Notes under the pieces: generated by a model
Databases searched by the model: none
Told to the model about the DNA's origin: nothing
Seen by the model: the letters and a program-made list of their open reading frames with translations, nothing else
DNA from: Eubacteriales bacterium
Lineage (GTDB): Bacteria; Bacillota; Clostridia; Oscillospirales; CAG-272
Assembly (NCBI GenBank): GCA_045658205.1
Contig: JAZOUM010000036.1
Location: 1 to 63,292 of the forward strand
Length of the DNA: 63,292 nt
Direction: 5' to 3'
In this document: positions 41,597-51,605 of the stretch, one piece after another
Layout: each line of letters begins with the position of its first letter
Numbering within the stretch: the stretch's first letter is position 1
Program-made: the position numbers and the translations under genes

Positions 41597-42319
41597 TTAC
41601 CCTATTTTCAGTTCTATTATTTTTGTAAGCATCTTTTTGGCATTTTCAAAATATTCAAGATGCTCGTCTGACTTTGCGCCAAGTACGCTCGGACGACGAA
41701 TGCAGATGAGCGTATCCTCGGGAAGTCCGGAAAGCCCAGGCAGCTTTGCCGCCGCGGTAGAGGAAAGATATATAGCGCTATCGGAATAGTGTTGGATCTC
41801 AGAGTGCGCCGCGGTATAATCAGTTATGTCTATAAACAACTCATTGTCTCCAACCTTGCAATACTTCTCATATACCGATATCGAAACAAAGCACAAATAA
41901 TACTCACTATGCTCAAGCACACTTGATAAAGCCTTCTCGTCACTGGCAAGAAGCGCATCGTTGACGTCATCGTCTACCATATCATCAGCGCTCAGATAGT
42001 AATAATTCGTAAAATTAATACTCACCTCGCCGTTCTCGTCAAAGTCCCCGCTAATTCTCTTCAACGACGAAATAACCGTCGCTATTTCGGCTACGTCACC
42101 GTCAGACGCAGTCCTACCGATATTTTTGCTTCCGGCATAAAGAATATACGCGTCGTACTCTTCTCTTGAACAAAATTGAAGCGAGCAAACAAGCAAAGCA
42201 AAGATCACAATAATAGCCACAACGCTGTGCCACTTATAGTGATACCAAAAATTTTGAAGCTTTTCTTTAAGCGTAGACGGTGTAATCACCTCGCCTACTC
42301 CCTCTATATTTCTACTCAT
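41597..42319 (-). CDS. membrane-anchored hypothetical protein
   Basis: 240 aa with a single TM segment (VVAIIVIFALLVCSL). I recognise no motif. Confidence 0.6.
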   Translation of the reverse strand: MSRNIEGVGEVITPSTLKEKLQNFWYHYKWHSVVAIIVIFALLVCSLQFCSREEYDAYILYAGSKNIGRTASDGDVAEIATVISSLKRISGDFDENGEVSINFTNYYYLSADDMVDDDVNDALLASDEKALSSVLEHSEYYLCFVSISVYEKYCKVGDNELFIDITDYTAAHSEIQHYSDSAIYLSSTAAAKLPGLSGLPEDTLICIRRPSVLGAKSDEHLEYFENAKKMLTKIIELKIG

Positions 42320-42404
42320 TTTCGTCTCCGTTTACATAAAACCTTTTACCTATAGAGTATAACACAAGCGCGATATAAAGTCAACAACGTAAGTGTTAAC
42401 AAAA

Positions 42405-42462
42405 AAAGAGCCCCCGATAACTTCTCTTTGCGATATAGCATTGATTTATCGGGGCTCTTTAT
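42405..42462 (-). terminator. intrinsic terminator after lysS
   Basis: AAAGAGCCCCCGATAA ... TTATCGGGGCTCTTT, with A/T runs on both sides. Confidence 0.65.
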
Positions 42463-42468
42463 TTTTTA

Positions 42469-43965
42469 TTAAACCTCAGGCTTCATTGTGGGGAAAAGAA
42501 GTACGTCTCTGATAGAAGCGGAGTCGGTAAGAAGCATTACAAGACGGTCTACGCCGAAGCCGAGACCACCTGTGGGGGGCAAACCGTACTCAAGAGCGGT
42601 GATGTAATCATAATCAACCTCTGCGCTGGTATTGGGATCTTCCTTTCTCTTAGCCTCAACCTGGCTTTCAAATCTCTTTCTCTGATCGATAGGATCGTTA
42701 AGCTCGGAGAATGCGTTACCGTATTCGGTACAGTTAATGAAGTACTCAAATCTCTCAGTGAAGAGAGGATCGCCGGGCTTTCTCTTAGCAAGAGGAGAAT
42801 TCTCTACGGGATAGTCGTAGATGAAGGTAGGCTGAATAAGCTTATCCTCAACGAATGCGTCGAAGAGCTCTACGAGAACGGTACCGCGGGTAGCGTCCTT
42901 AGGTACTTCTACGTGGTGAGCCTTTGCGCACTCGCGAGCAGCCTCATCATCTGCCCACTCGTGATAATCAATACCGGAGTACTTCTTAACAGCCTCAATC
43001 ATAGTGAGTCTCTCCCACTTGCCGAGATCTATCTCAATACCCTGATATGTGATCTTAGTATCGCCGCAAACCTCCTTAGCAAGCATCTTGTAGAGTTCTT
43101 CAACAAGGTCCATCATACCGTAATAATCGGTAAATGCCTGGTAAAGCTCTATAGATGTGAACTCGGGATTATGCTTCTGGTCCATACCCTCGTTTCTGAA
43201 GATTCTACCAACCTCGTAAACCTTGTGCATACCACCTACGATGAGTCTCTTAAGATAGAGCTCAGTCTCTATACGGAGGTACATATCAATATCAAGGGTG
43301 TTGTGATGTGTCTTGAAGGGTCTTGCGTTAGCGCCGATCTCAAGAGGAAGAAGAATAGGGGTATCAACCTCAAGGAATCCCTTGTCATCAAGATACTGTC
43401 TGATGAGCTTAAGAATCTTAGAACGCTTTACAAAGGTGTCCTTTACTTCGGGATTTACGATAAGGTCAACGTATCTTTGTCTGTATCTCTGCTCAAGATT
43501 GGTAAGACCGTGGAACTTCTCGGGAAGGGGAAGAAGAGCCTTAGCAAGAAGGGTAAGTGAGGTAACGTGTATAGAAATCTCGCCTGTTCTGGTACGGAAG
43601 AGCGTACCCTCAACACCGAGACAGTCACCGATATCCCACTTCTTAAAGGAGGCGTAATCCTCCTCGCCTACGCTGTCTCTTGCAACGTAGAGCTGAACCT
43701 TACCCTCGCCATCAAGAAGGTGCGCGAAGGAAGCCTTACCCATAACTCTCTTACCAACCATACGGCCGGCAACTCTTACGGTTATAGTCTCACCCTCTGC
43801 AAGAGAGCTTTCGCGCTCCTCAAACTCGCGTATAGCATTGGGCGCTGTATGTGTAACGTCGTATTTAGTTATCTCAAAAGGATTCTTTCCCGCTTCAACG
43901 AGATTAGCAAGCTTCTCGCGTCTTATAGCAAGCTCGCTGGTGCTTTGAATCTGATTGTTTTCCAT
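42469..43965 (-). CDS. lysS: lysine--tRNA ligase (class II)
   Basis: OB-fold N-domain and class II motifs (FRNEG..., GLGFGVDRL). Confidence 0.95.
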   Translation of the reverse strand: MENNQIQSTSELAIRREKLANLVEAGKNPFEITKYDVTHTAPNAIREFEERESSLAEGETITVRVAGRMVGKRVMGKASFAHLLDGEGKVQLYVARDSVGEEDYASFKKWDIGDCLGVEGTLFRTRTGEISIHVTSLTLLAKALLPLPEKFHGLTNLEQRYRQRYVDLIVNPEVKDTFVKRSKILKLIRQYLDDKGFLEVDTPILLPLEIGANARPFKTHHNTLDIDMYLRIETELYLKRLIVGGMHKVYEVGRIFRNEGMDQKHNPEFTSIELYQAFTDYYGMMDLVEELYKMLAKEVCGDTKITYQGIEIDLGKWERLTMIEAVKKYSGIDYHEWADDEAARECAKAHHVEVPKDATRGTVLVELFDAFVEDKLIQPTFIYDYPVENSPLAKRKPGDPLFTERFEYFINCTEYGNAFSELNDPIDQRKRFESQVEAKRKEDPNTSAEVDYDYITALEYGLPPTGGLGFGVDRLVMLLTDSASIRDVLLFPTMKPEV

Positions 43966-44026
43966 TTTGCATTCCTTTCTTTTGTATTGAAAGTAGTGTT
44001 TTAGTAGTAAAGCCGCGTATTATAAA

Positions 44027-44506
44027 TTAGTTATCCTTGGCTCTGGAAACGCTCTTGATCTGAAGGTGCTGTACTCTCGCGCCTTCAACTACAACCTCAT
44101 CGCCTGCGGTAGCGCCAAGAAGAGCCATACCGATAGGAGAGGAATCGGAGATCTTACCGTTCTCAGGATCGGTCTCGTAGGAGCCAACGATGTGATAGGT
44201 GAACTCGCGCTTTCTCTCAACGTTGTAAAGAACTACGATAGAGCCAACGTTTACCTTGCTCTCGTCGATCTGAGACTCGTCGATAACCTTTGCGTTAGCG
44301 ATCATCTCGCGAAGCTCGTCGATTCTCGCGTGGATAACAGCCTGCTCCTGCTTTGCCGCATCGTACTCACTGTTCTCAGAAAGGTCACCGTAAGCTCTCG
44401 CCTTGGATATCTCCTTCTTGTTTTCCTCAACTCTTACGTTGATAAGGTGGTCGAGCTCATCCTGAAGAGCCTTAAAGCCTTGGGGGGTGTAAAACTTCTG
44501 TTCCAT
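44027..44506 (-). CDS. greA: transcription elongation factor GreA
   Basis: 159 aa with the YGDLSENSEYDAAK acidic-tip motif. Confidence 0.95.
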   Translation of the reverse strand: MEQKFYTPQGFKALQDELDHLINVRVEENKKEISKARAYGDLSENSEYDAAKQEQAVIHARIDELREMIANAKVIDESQIDESKVNVGSIVVLYNVERKREFTYHIVGSYETDPENGKISDSSPIGMALLGATAGDEVVVEGARVQHLQIKSVSRAKDN

Positions 44507-44533
44507 TTTCTATATCTCCATTATAAATTTATT

Positions 44534-45919
44534 CTATGCCGCGGCGCCATAATCTATCGAAGTGCCGCTGTTTGTATTTACCATTTCAAGCGCCAAATTC
44601 TTCGCCGTATCAAAGGGCGCATCCTTGCCGGCAACCTCCGCTACCTCAACGTCGGGCAAAATTCCAACGCCGTCAAAGTTTACGTCAGATGGCGGGTTGA
44701 AGTATCCTATAGTAAAGGTTATGCCGGAATTGTCGTAGAGAGTGTAGCTGTTTTGCGCAACTCCCTTTCCGTAGGTGTTTGATCCTACGATAACGGTATT
44801 CATCACACCCTCCTTGCCGTAATCACGCATTGCCGCCGTAAAAAGCTCGCCTGCGGAAGCAGTATTTCCGTCGCATATAACCGCGATGGGAAGGTCGACT
44901 GAATGTCCGTCGGTAGTGTAAAATACGTGTTCCGTGTTACGCTCTGAATAGGATCCTATCCTTCTTCCCTCAGCGTCCGGCACGAGATAGTCAATAACCG
45001 AAACCACAGAATTAAGAAGTCCTCCGGGGTTTGATCTGACGTCGATAACCAGAGCTACCGCTCCGTTTTGCACACAGTAGTCCACCGCTTCCTTAAACTC
45101 ATCCACGGTAGTCTGTAAAAATTGATATATTTGTATATTTCCGACCTTATCGTCGTCCATATCGTAAAGAACCGTTCTTTCAGATAAGGTTTTTCTTACT
45201 ACAGCAAAGGTGATCAGCTCCTCACCACGCTTGACGGTAACGTTTACCACGGTGTCGGGCTCTCCCTTTATCATATTTAGCAGCTCCTCGGTATCTGTAT
45301 CGAGAACAGTTTTATCCTCAACACCGTAGATCTTATCTCCGCGCTTGATACCCGCCGCCTCAGCTCCGGATTCCTTGTATACCATTTGTATCTCAAGATC
45401 CTCCTGACTCATAAGAACGCCTATACCGACAAATTCATCACCGCCGGCAAGTCCGCCTATATACTCATCAAACTCCTTAGCAGTACGGTAATAAGCGTAA
45501 GGATCTCCAATAGACGCGAACAAGCATTTGAGAAGCGCATCAGTCACAGCGTCCTTATCCTCAAGATCTACCTCATCGTAAAAATACTCAACGAATAAAA
45601 GGCCCATCGACACGGCAAGGTCCTTTTCCTCGGGCAACTCCTTATAGTATACCCCCTCAAGATAAGACTCAATGTTGTTTATCTTATAGGAATTGATATT
45701 TCCTATGCCGTATTTTTTAAGGTAAGAGGATATATGAGTATAACCGAGATCCTCACTACCTGCCGCTTCAAGATTTGACGATATCTCATCCTTCGATTCG
45801 ATATCGTTGCCTATATTTGTAAGATATGCGTAGCCGAAGATGCCTAAGATCAAAATAAGACAGCAAACGATGACGACTCCCCTTATTTTTCTTAAAGGGA
45901 AACTGCTGTTCATTGACAT
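44534..45919 (-). CDS. S41-family C-terminal processing peptidase with PDZ domain
   Basis: RSNPGGLL and GNTASAGELF motifs, a PDZ-like region (GIKRGDKI) and an N-terminal TM anchor. Confidence 0.85.
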   Translation of the reverse strand: MSMNSSFPLRKIRGVVIVCCLILILGIFGYAYLTNIGNDIESKDEISSNLEAAGSEDLGYTHISSYLKKYGIGNINSYKINNIESYLEGVYYKELPEEKDLAVSMGLLFVEYFYDEVDLEDKDAVTDALLKCLFASIGDPYAYYRTAKEFDEYIGGLAGGDEFVGIGVLMSQEDLEIQMVYKESGAEAAGIKRGDKIYGVEDKTVLDTDTEELLNMIKGEPDTVVNVTVKRGEELITFAVVRKTLSERTVLYDMDDDKVGNIQIYQFLQTTVDEFKEAVDYCVQNGAVALVIDVRSNPGGLLNSVVSVIDYLVPDAEGRRIGSYSERNTEHVFYTTDGHSVDLPIAVICDGNTASAGELFTAAMRDYGKEGVMNTVIVGSNTYGKGVAQNSYTLYDNSGITFTIGYFNPPSDVNFDGVGILPDVEVAEVAGKDAPFDTAKNLALEMVNTNSGTSIDYGAAA

Positions 45920-45999
45920 ATTTTATCTCCTTTGTTTCGACGCGCCTCGATGCGCCGTCAAGAAACGGGGCTGCCGAAAACGACAGCCTCGCGCTAAAA

Positions 46000-47085
46000 T
46001 CAGAATTTGGTAGGCTTACCGTTGAGATACTTCTTAACCATAAGAGCAACCTTGAAGGTAACTGCGTGGTCAAACTCACGAAGATCAAGACCTGTTAGCT
46101 TTCTGATCTTCTCAAGACGGTAAACGAGTGTGTTTCTATGTACAAAGAGCTTTCTTGATGTTTCGGAAACGTTAAGATTGTTCTCAAAGAAGCTCTGGAC
46201 TGTCATAAGAGTCTCGCGGTCGAGGGACTCAAGAGAACCCTTCTTAAATACTTCCTGAAGGAATATCTCGCAAAGAGTAGTGGGAAGCTGATAGATAAGT
46301 CTGCCGATGCCGAGATTCTCATACGACATAACGGGACGCTCGATATCAAACACCTTTCCAACCTCAAGAGCGATTCTTGCTTCCTTATACGCTCTTGCAA
46401 GATCCTTGAGCTTCTCTACAACGGAGGAGATACCGATAACGATCTTTGCCGCGTACTCGGACTGAGCCTGTTGAAGAATGCCCTGAGCCTCGTTTTCAAG
46501 CTCCTCGGAACTGTAGCTCTCGGAAACTTCCTTTACTATTACTATGTCCTGCTCGCTGATATTGATAACGTAATCCTTAGTCTTATCGCTTACAAGATTC
46601 TGGATGATCTCATAAGGAGCGATCTCGGTCACGCCCTGGAACTTAATAACGATAACCGCGCGGCGCTCGTCATTACCCATATGAAGCTCGTTGGACTTGA
46701 TGTATATATCATTAGGAAGAATATTGTCGAGAATTATATTCTTGATGAACGAGCCCTTGTCATACTTTTCGTCGTAAAGGCTCTTGATATTTCCAAGAGA
46801 AACAGCAAGGATCTGAGATACCTTGTCCGCCTCCTTATCCTCACCCTCAACGAAAACTATACAGTCGTTCTTGTTTGCGGAATTAACGAGTCTGTAGGTG
46901 TAGCCCTGAGAAACAACGAACTCACGGGAGAAGGAAAGCTCCTCCTTGATGCGCTGTCTGGACTCGCCGATCTTACCAAGCTCACTGCAAGCTACGATAA
47001 TACCGTTCTCGTCAATAGCGCCGATCGTTCGTCCTACAATATCCTTCATCTGATGAATTACCGTTTGGAACAAGCGGTTTGACAT
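46000..47085 (-). CDS. CdaR/PucR-family transcriptional regulator
   Basis: C-terminal HTH SETSRKLFVHRNTLVYRLEKIRKLTGLD. The N-terminus resembles the sugar-diacid recognition domain. The ATG at 47085 (MSNRLFQ) is preferred over the track start at 47202. Confidence 0.75.
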   Translation of the reverse strand: MSNRLFQTVIHQMKDIVGRTIGAIDENGIIVACSELGKIGESRQRIKEELSFSREFVVSQGYTYRLVNSANKNDCIVFVEGEDKEADKVSQILAVSLGNIKSLYDEKYDKGSFIKNIILDNILPNDIYIKSNELHMGNDERRAVIVIKFQGVTEIAPYEIIQNLVSDKTKDYVINISEQDIVIVKEVSESYSSEELENEAQGILQQAQSEYAAKIVIGISSVVEKLKDLARAYKEARIALEVGKVFDIERPVMSYENLGIGRLIYQLPTTLCEIFLQEVFKKGSLESLDRETLMTVQSFFENNLNVSETSRKLFVHRNTLVYRLEKIRKLTGLDLREFDHAVTFKVALMVKKYLNGKPTKF

Positions 47086-47499
47086 AAATAAAAAACCTAT
47101 CCTTTCATTCTTTGGCGGAAAAGCTGTTGACTCTAAAAGCGTAAATCCGCATTTTTCAAAGCACAATCCCAATCGAAAGCCATGCCTCATAAAATGTCGC
47201 AAGGTCGATTTGTCTATACTGTACTATATTTTACAGTATTTTTGGACAAATTTCAATAGTTTTTTAAAAAAATATTACGAAATACACAAAAAAGTCACAA
47301 AATACTTGTGTAAATTAACATTAGTCTTGTTAAAGTACCGTTTTATATCCAAAATTTCGACTTTTTTAGTCCATTTTCACACACAAAGCGTTTTTTCTTT
47401 CTTTCATCCCGCTTTAGCCAAGCTCAACGATACGAAAACTATAACGTTTTTTATAACAAATGAATAAACTGTCAGAAAAAGAAAAAAGAGGTAGAGTGT

Positions 47500-48069
47500 A
47501 TGTTAGTAATCAAACAGTACTTAAGAGAACGCGCCGTCGCTTACGCTAAAAAATATGCCTTCGGGCAAAATCCGATATTCGGTAATTTCAGAGGCATTGG
47601 AGGAAATTGTACAAACTTTGTGTCGCAAAGCATTTACGCAGGCTCATGCGTAATGAATTATACCCCGACCTTCGGATGGTACTACGTGTCGCTTGACGAC
47701 CGCTCTCCCTCCTGGACCGGGGTACAGTTCTTTTATGATTTTATGATAGAAAACGCGTCCGTAGGCCCTTTTGCCAAGAACGCCTCGCTCGACGAGCTTG
47801 AGATCGGAGACGTCATACAGCTTGGTAATAACAAGGACGGATTCTATCATACGCTTCTTATCGTAGGCTTTGAGGGCGAGGATCCTCTCGTTGCCGCACA
47901 GACGGACGATGCTTTTTTGCGCCCATTATCAACCTATAGCTATGATTTTGCAAGGTATATAAAAATACTTGGCGTGCGCGTTGATATAGATATCAATGAC
48001 GATTGCTTTGACAGCGTTATCAATGGCATATCTATAATACCTTCCGCATCAAAACCGATATCAAATTAA
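47500..48069 (+). CDS. putative amidase-domain protein (cysteine-peptidase-like)
   Basis: GGNCTNFVSQSIYAG and FYHTLLIV motifs resemble the 'putative amidase domain' family of Firmicutes. Confidence 0.65.
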   Translation: MLVIKQYLRERAVAYAKKYAFGQNPIFGNFRGIGGNCTNFVSQSIYAGSCVMNYTPTFGWYYVSLDDRSPSWTGVQFFYDFMIENASVGPFAKNASLDELEIGDVIQLGNNKDGFYHTLLIVGFEGEDPLVAAQTDDAFLRPLSTYSYDFARYIKILGVRVDIDINDDCFDSVINGISIIPSASKPISN

Positions 48070-48103
48070 TTTTATCCTTATTTTTGACAACCAAAATTTA
48101 CTT

Positions 48104-49366
48104 TTACTCTATTTCCGTAACGTCTGCAAATCCTTTTATAGCTTCGATCGCTACCTTATAATACAACATATCCTTGTAGTATTCCTCGCCGTTTTTATCT
48201 ATCATATTTTTCTTATACTTTTCCCTTTCGGCAAGGTATTCCTCTTCAGACTCGTATTCATCAGGAATTATATTATTTGATTCAAGCGCTTCAAGAAGAT
48301 ACTCATCAAACAAAGTCCTATACTCCTCTTCGGTAGGCTTTAACCCTTCGAGATTCATTATGTGATACAGGGCGAGTTGACTCTTTACCTGCTCCTTTGC
48401 TACGGACATAACGTATCCTTCCCAATCAGAACCAACCTCAAGACCCATGTAAAGACACATGAACTTGTCTCTTTCATATCGGTGTTTATAATAGTAATTG
48501 TAGTATGCGTCAAGCTGGCCTACAAGCGTGTCATATTCATTCTTGAGCTGCTTTTCAGGATACTTTTTCACAACGGCGCCGGATAACACAGAGCTCCAAA
48601 AGGCATCAAGAATCAAGCTTTCAAGGTCAAACCCCTGCTCCTTCATCATACTGTCTTTAACGTATGCCTTGTATTTAGCCACGATATCCTCGCCCTCATA
48701 CTCGGAAAGAGTCTTAGCCTTAACTCCGAGTGTCTCGGTAATGAACGCTTCATTAAGCTCAGGCGCGTTATATTCTACGAGCTTTTCAACAGTCACGATA
48801 AAGTACGCGGTCTTGCCGGCAAGCTCTGCCGACTGATATTTCTCGGGAAAGAAGGTTTCTACAACTATAGGATCCTTTTCGGTGAAATCGTTTGGATTTT
48901 TGCCTATAAGGTTATATTCAAAGCCGGTGATAAAATTACCCGATCCTATCTCGAGAGCATGTGGAGTCTCGGAAGTGGTGTTATCTCCACCCTTGAAGAA
49001 GTACTTTTCATCACCATTCATATAATAGCCCTTGTAGTAAATATGAACCACGTCGCCTACCGAGATGACGCCGTCTCCCTCCACCTCGGTCTTATCCTTA
49101 TGTTTGCAAAGCGTTTGGATTATATTATTTTCAACGTCGAGCGTCGTGACCTTGTTTTTATCGTACTCTACCTTAAAGCCCTTATAGTACTTTTCCTCAA
49201 TCTCGATATATTCCGACAGATCGTCGTTGAAGTAATCTACACCGGGAAGCTCTGCGGTCTCATCTCCGCCTCCGGGCTTTATTTCTATGTCGCTATCACT
49301 ATTCTTTTTACACACCGTCATGCCAACAAGACATACGACGATAATAAAGAGCAAAATTCTTTTCAT
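48104..49366 (-). CDS. exported trigger-factor-like protein (FKBP-type PPIase domain plus helical C-domain)
   Basis: N-terminal signal sequence with Cys19 (MKRILLFIIVVCLVGMTVC). GDVVHIYYKGY..G..F.GG......LEIGSGNFITGFEYNLIGK....VETFFPEKYQSAELAGKTAYFIVTVEKL matches the trigger factor PPIase domain pattern. Confidence 0.7.
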   Translation of the reverse strand: MKRILLFIIVVCLVGMTVCKKNSDSDIEIKPGGGDETAELPGVDYFNDDLSEYIEIEEKYYKGFKVEYDKNKVTTLDVENNIIQTLCKHKDKTEVEGDGVISVGDVVHIYYKGYYMNGDEKYFFKGGDNTTSETPHALEIGSGNFITGFEYNLIGKNPNDFTEKDPIVVETFFPEKYQSAELAGKTAYFIVTVEKLVEYNAPELNEAFITETLGVKAKTLSEYEGEDIVAKYKAYVKDSMMKEQGFDLESLILDAFWSSVLSGAVVKKYPEKQLKNEYDTLVGQLDAYYNYYYKHRYERDKFMCLYMGLEVGSDWEGYVMSVAKEQVKSQLALYHIMNLEGLKPTEEEYRTLFDEYLLEALESNNIIPDEYESEEEYLAEREKYKKNMIDKNGEEYYKDMLYYKVAIEAIKGFADVTEIE

Positions 49367-49464
49367 AAAAACTCCGTTTAGTTAAAAGAATAGAAAAAAT
49401 ATTGATATAACACAAATCACTATCAATATGCAAACTAATCTTTTCATTTACATTCCTTAAAATT

Positions 49465-49498
49465 ATTCGCCGACTCTCAATTAAGAAAGTCGGCGAAT
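49465..49498 (-). terminator. probable terminator after the oxidoreductase gene
   Basis: ATTCGCCGACT ... AGTCGGCGAAT is an 11-bp perfect stem. The U-run on the minus strand is short. Confidence 0.5.
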
Positions 49499-49514
49499 TG
49501 ATATTTGGATTAAA

Positions 49515-51578
49515 TTACAGCTTCATACAAACGTCCCAAGCCTGCCAAATAACAGTTCTCAGGTTGCCTACCTTACTTGCGTCGCCGATAACGTGTACGT
49601 GACGGGACTTCTTAGTAAGAGGAGCGGGTCTGTATCCGGTGGACATAATAACGCTGTCCGCAGGAATATCGATAAGCTCGCCTTCCTTAGTTCTTACGGT
49701 TACGCCATCTGCGCGAACCTCGCTGAGCGAAGTCTCAAGATGTACCGGAACCTTGTTAGCCTTAAAGAAGTCACGAAGGAAGCTTGTGTTAGCAAGACAA
49801 ATACCCTTGGTGGTGATGAGGTCATCCTGCATCTCAACCACAACAGGCTTTTTGCCCTGGAGATAAAGCTCGTATGCAATCTCACATCCGGTAAGTCCGC
49901 CACCTACGATAACAACGTTTTCACCAACAGTCTTTTTACCGAGAAGGAAGTCGCACGCCTCGATGCCGTATTCCTTAACGCCCTTAACAGGAATAACGTT
50001 AGGAGTAGAGCCGGTAGCAACGATAACCTCATCTGCGCCGAGAGAAGCTATATCCTTAACCTCTGTGTTAAGCTTAACCTCAACAGGCTGCTTACTAAGC
50101 TCACGGATATACCACGCGATAAGATCTCTATCCTTTTCCTTAAAGGAAGGAGCAGCAGCAGCGATGAATACGCCGCCAAGCTTGTCGCTCTTCTCGTAAA
50201 GAGTAACCTTATGTCCGCGCTTTGCAAGGAGGATAGCCGCCTCCATACCGCCGATACCGCCTCCGATAACAGCTATATTCTTCTGCTTCTTAGCGGGCTG
50301 AACGTTATATTTCTTGGACTGCATGGTCTCGGGATTGAGAGCGCAACGAGCAAGTCCCATAGTGTCGGTAAGATCCTGTGTATTGTAATGTCCCTTAGTA
50401 GAGGAGAAGTTAAAGCAACCGGAGTGACAGCAGATGCAGGGCTTGATATCCTCAAGTCTTTCCTCTATAAGCTTGGTGATCCACTCAGGGTCAACAAGGA
50501 ACTGACGCGCAACGCCGATAGCGTCTATTTTGCCCTCGGCAACAGCCTTAGCTCCAACCTCGGGATCCATACGTCCTGCGCAAACCACAGGGATATCAAC
50601 AAACTTCTTGATATGCGCTACGTCCTCAAGGTTACAGTTCTCAGGCATATACATCGGGGGATGAGCCCAGTACCAAGAGTCATAGGTACCGTTGTCCGCG
50701 TTGAGCATATCGTAGCCGGCATCCTGAAGATACTTAGCCGCTCTCTCGGATTCCTCCATATTACGTCCTACCTCAACGTAGTCCTCGCCGGGAACCGCGC
50801 CCTCAGCAAAGCCCTTGTGCTTAGACTCAACGGAGTAACGAAGCGATACGGGATAATCCTTTCCACACGCTTCCTTGATAGCCTTTACTATCTCTGCGGC
50901 AAAACGATATCTGTTCTCGAAGGATCCGCCGTACTCATCGGTACGCTTGTTGTAGAACTCTATTGCGAACTGGTCAAGAAGATAGCCCTCGTGTACCGCG
51001 TGTACTTCTACGCCGTCAACACCTGCGTCACGGCAAAGCTTTGCAGTCTTTGCAAATGCCTCGATGATCTCGCGGATATGATGCTTAGACATCTCAGGGC
51101 AGATGATATCAGGCGCCCAACGAGCAGGCTGCTCAGAGGGAGACATAAGCTCGTGATTAGTATCGATAATAGGCTTTGCGATAGTACGAAGAACCTTGTT
51201 CTTATGGATCTTACCTACAAGGTCGGTAATAGCCCAAGAACGTCCCATACCCGCGGTAAGCTGGATAAAGAGCTTTGCGCCGGTCTTATGGATCTCGTCC
51301 ATAAATACCTTAAGCTCCTTAAACATCTTCTCGTTCTGCCAAAGCCACTTACCCCAGAAGGTATCGCGCAGGGGCGCGATACCGGGGATAATAAGACCTA
51401 CGTTGTTGTTTGCTCTTTCAAGGAAGAGCTTTGCAGCCTCCTTGTCAAATCCGCATCCGGTAAGCTCGAACCAGCCGAAAAGGGAGGTTCCGCCCATAGG
51501 ACACATTACTATTCTGTTTTTAATCTCTACATTACCTATTTTCCAAGGGGTAAAGAGAGCCTCGTGCTTAGAATTCAT
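49515..51578 (-). CDS. Old-Yellow-Enzyme-type FMN oxidoreductase fused to an FAD/NAD(P)-binding domain (enoate / 2,4-dienoyl-CoA reductase-like)
   Basis: N-terminal OYE TIM-barrel pattern, a Cys cluster CICCHSGC (4Fe-4S-like), and a C-terminal [10 protein letters not shown] dinucleotide-binding motif. Confidence 0.85.
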   Translation of the reverse strand: MNSKHEALFTPWKIGNVEIKNRIVMCPMGGTSLFGWFELTGCGFDKEAAKLFLERANNNVGLIIPGIAPLRDTFWGKWLWQNEKMFKELKVFMDEIHKTGAKLFIQLTAGMGRSWAITDLVGKIHKNKVLRTIAKPIIDTNHELMSPSEQPARWAPDIICPEMSKHHIREIIEAFAKTAKLCRDAGVDGVEVHAVHEGYLLDQFAIEFYNKRTDEYGGSFENRYRFAAEIVKAIKEACGKDYPVSLRYSVESKHKGFAEGAVPGEDYVEVGRNMEESERAAKYLQDAGYDMLNADNGTYDSWYWAHPPMYMPENCNLEDVAHIKKFVDIPVVCAGRMDPEVGAKAVAEGKIDAIGVARQFLVDPEWITKLIEERLEDIKPCICCHSGCFNFSSTKGHYNTQDLTDTMGLARCALNPETMQSKKYNVQPAKKQKNIAVIGGGIGGMEAAILLAKRGHKVTLYEKSDKLGGVFIAAAAPSFKEKDRDLIAWYIRELSKQPVEVKLNTEVKDIASLGADEVIVATGSTPNVIPVKGVKEYGIEACDFLLGKKTVGENVVIVGGGLTGCEIAYELYLQGKKPVVVEMQDDLITTKGICLANTSFLRDFFKANKVPVHLETSLSEVRADGVTVRTKEGELIDIPADSVIMSTGYRPAPLTKKSRHVHVIGDASKVGNLRTVIWQAWDVCMKL

Positions 51579-51605
51579 TTATTTTTTCTCCTTAGATTCG
51601 GACTA

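Noticed and set aside
47210-47467. An 85-aa plus-strand ORF in the regulator/amidase intergenic region.
   Set aside because: It is AT-rich and low-complexity (K/F/I/L/Y), has no SD, and overlaps the palindrome and likely promoter elements.
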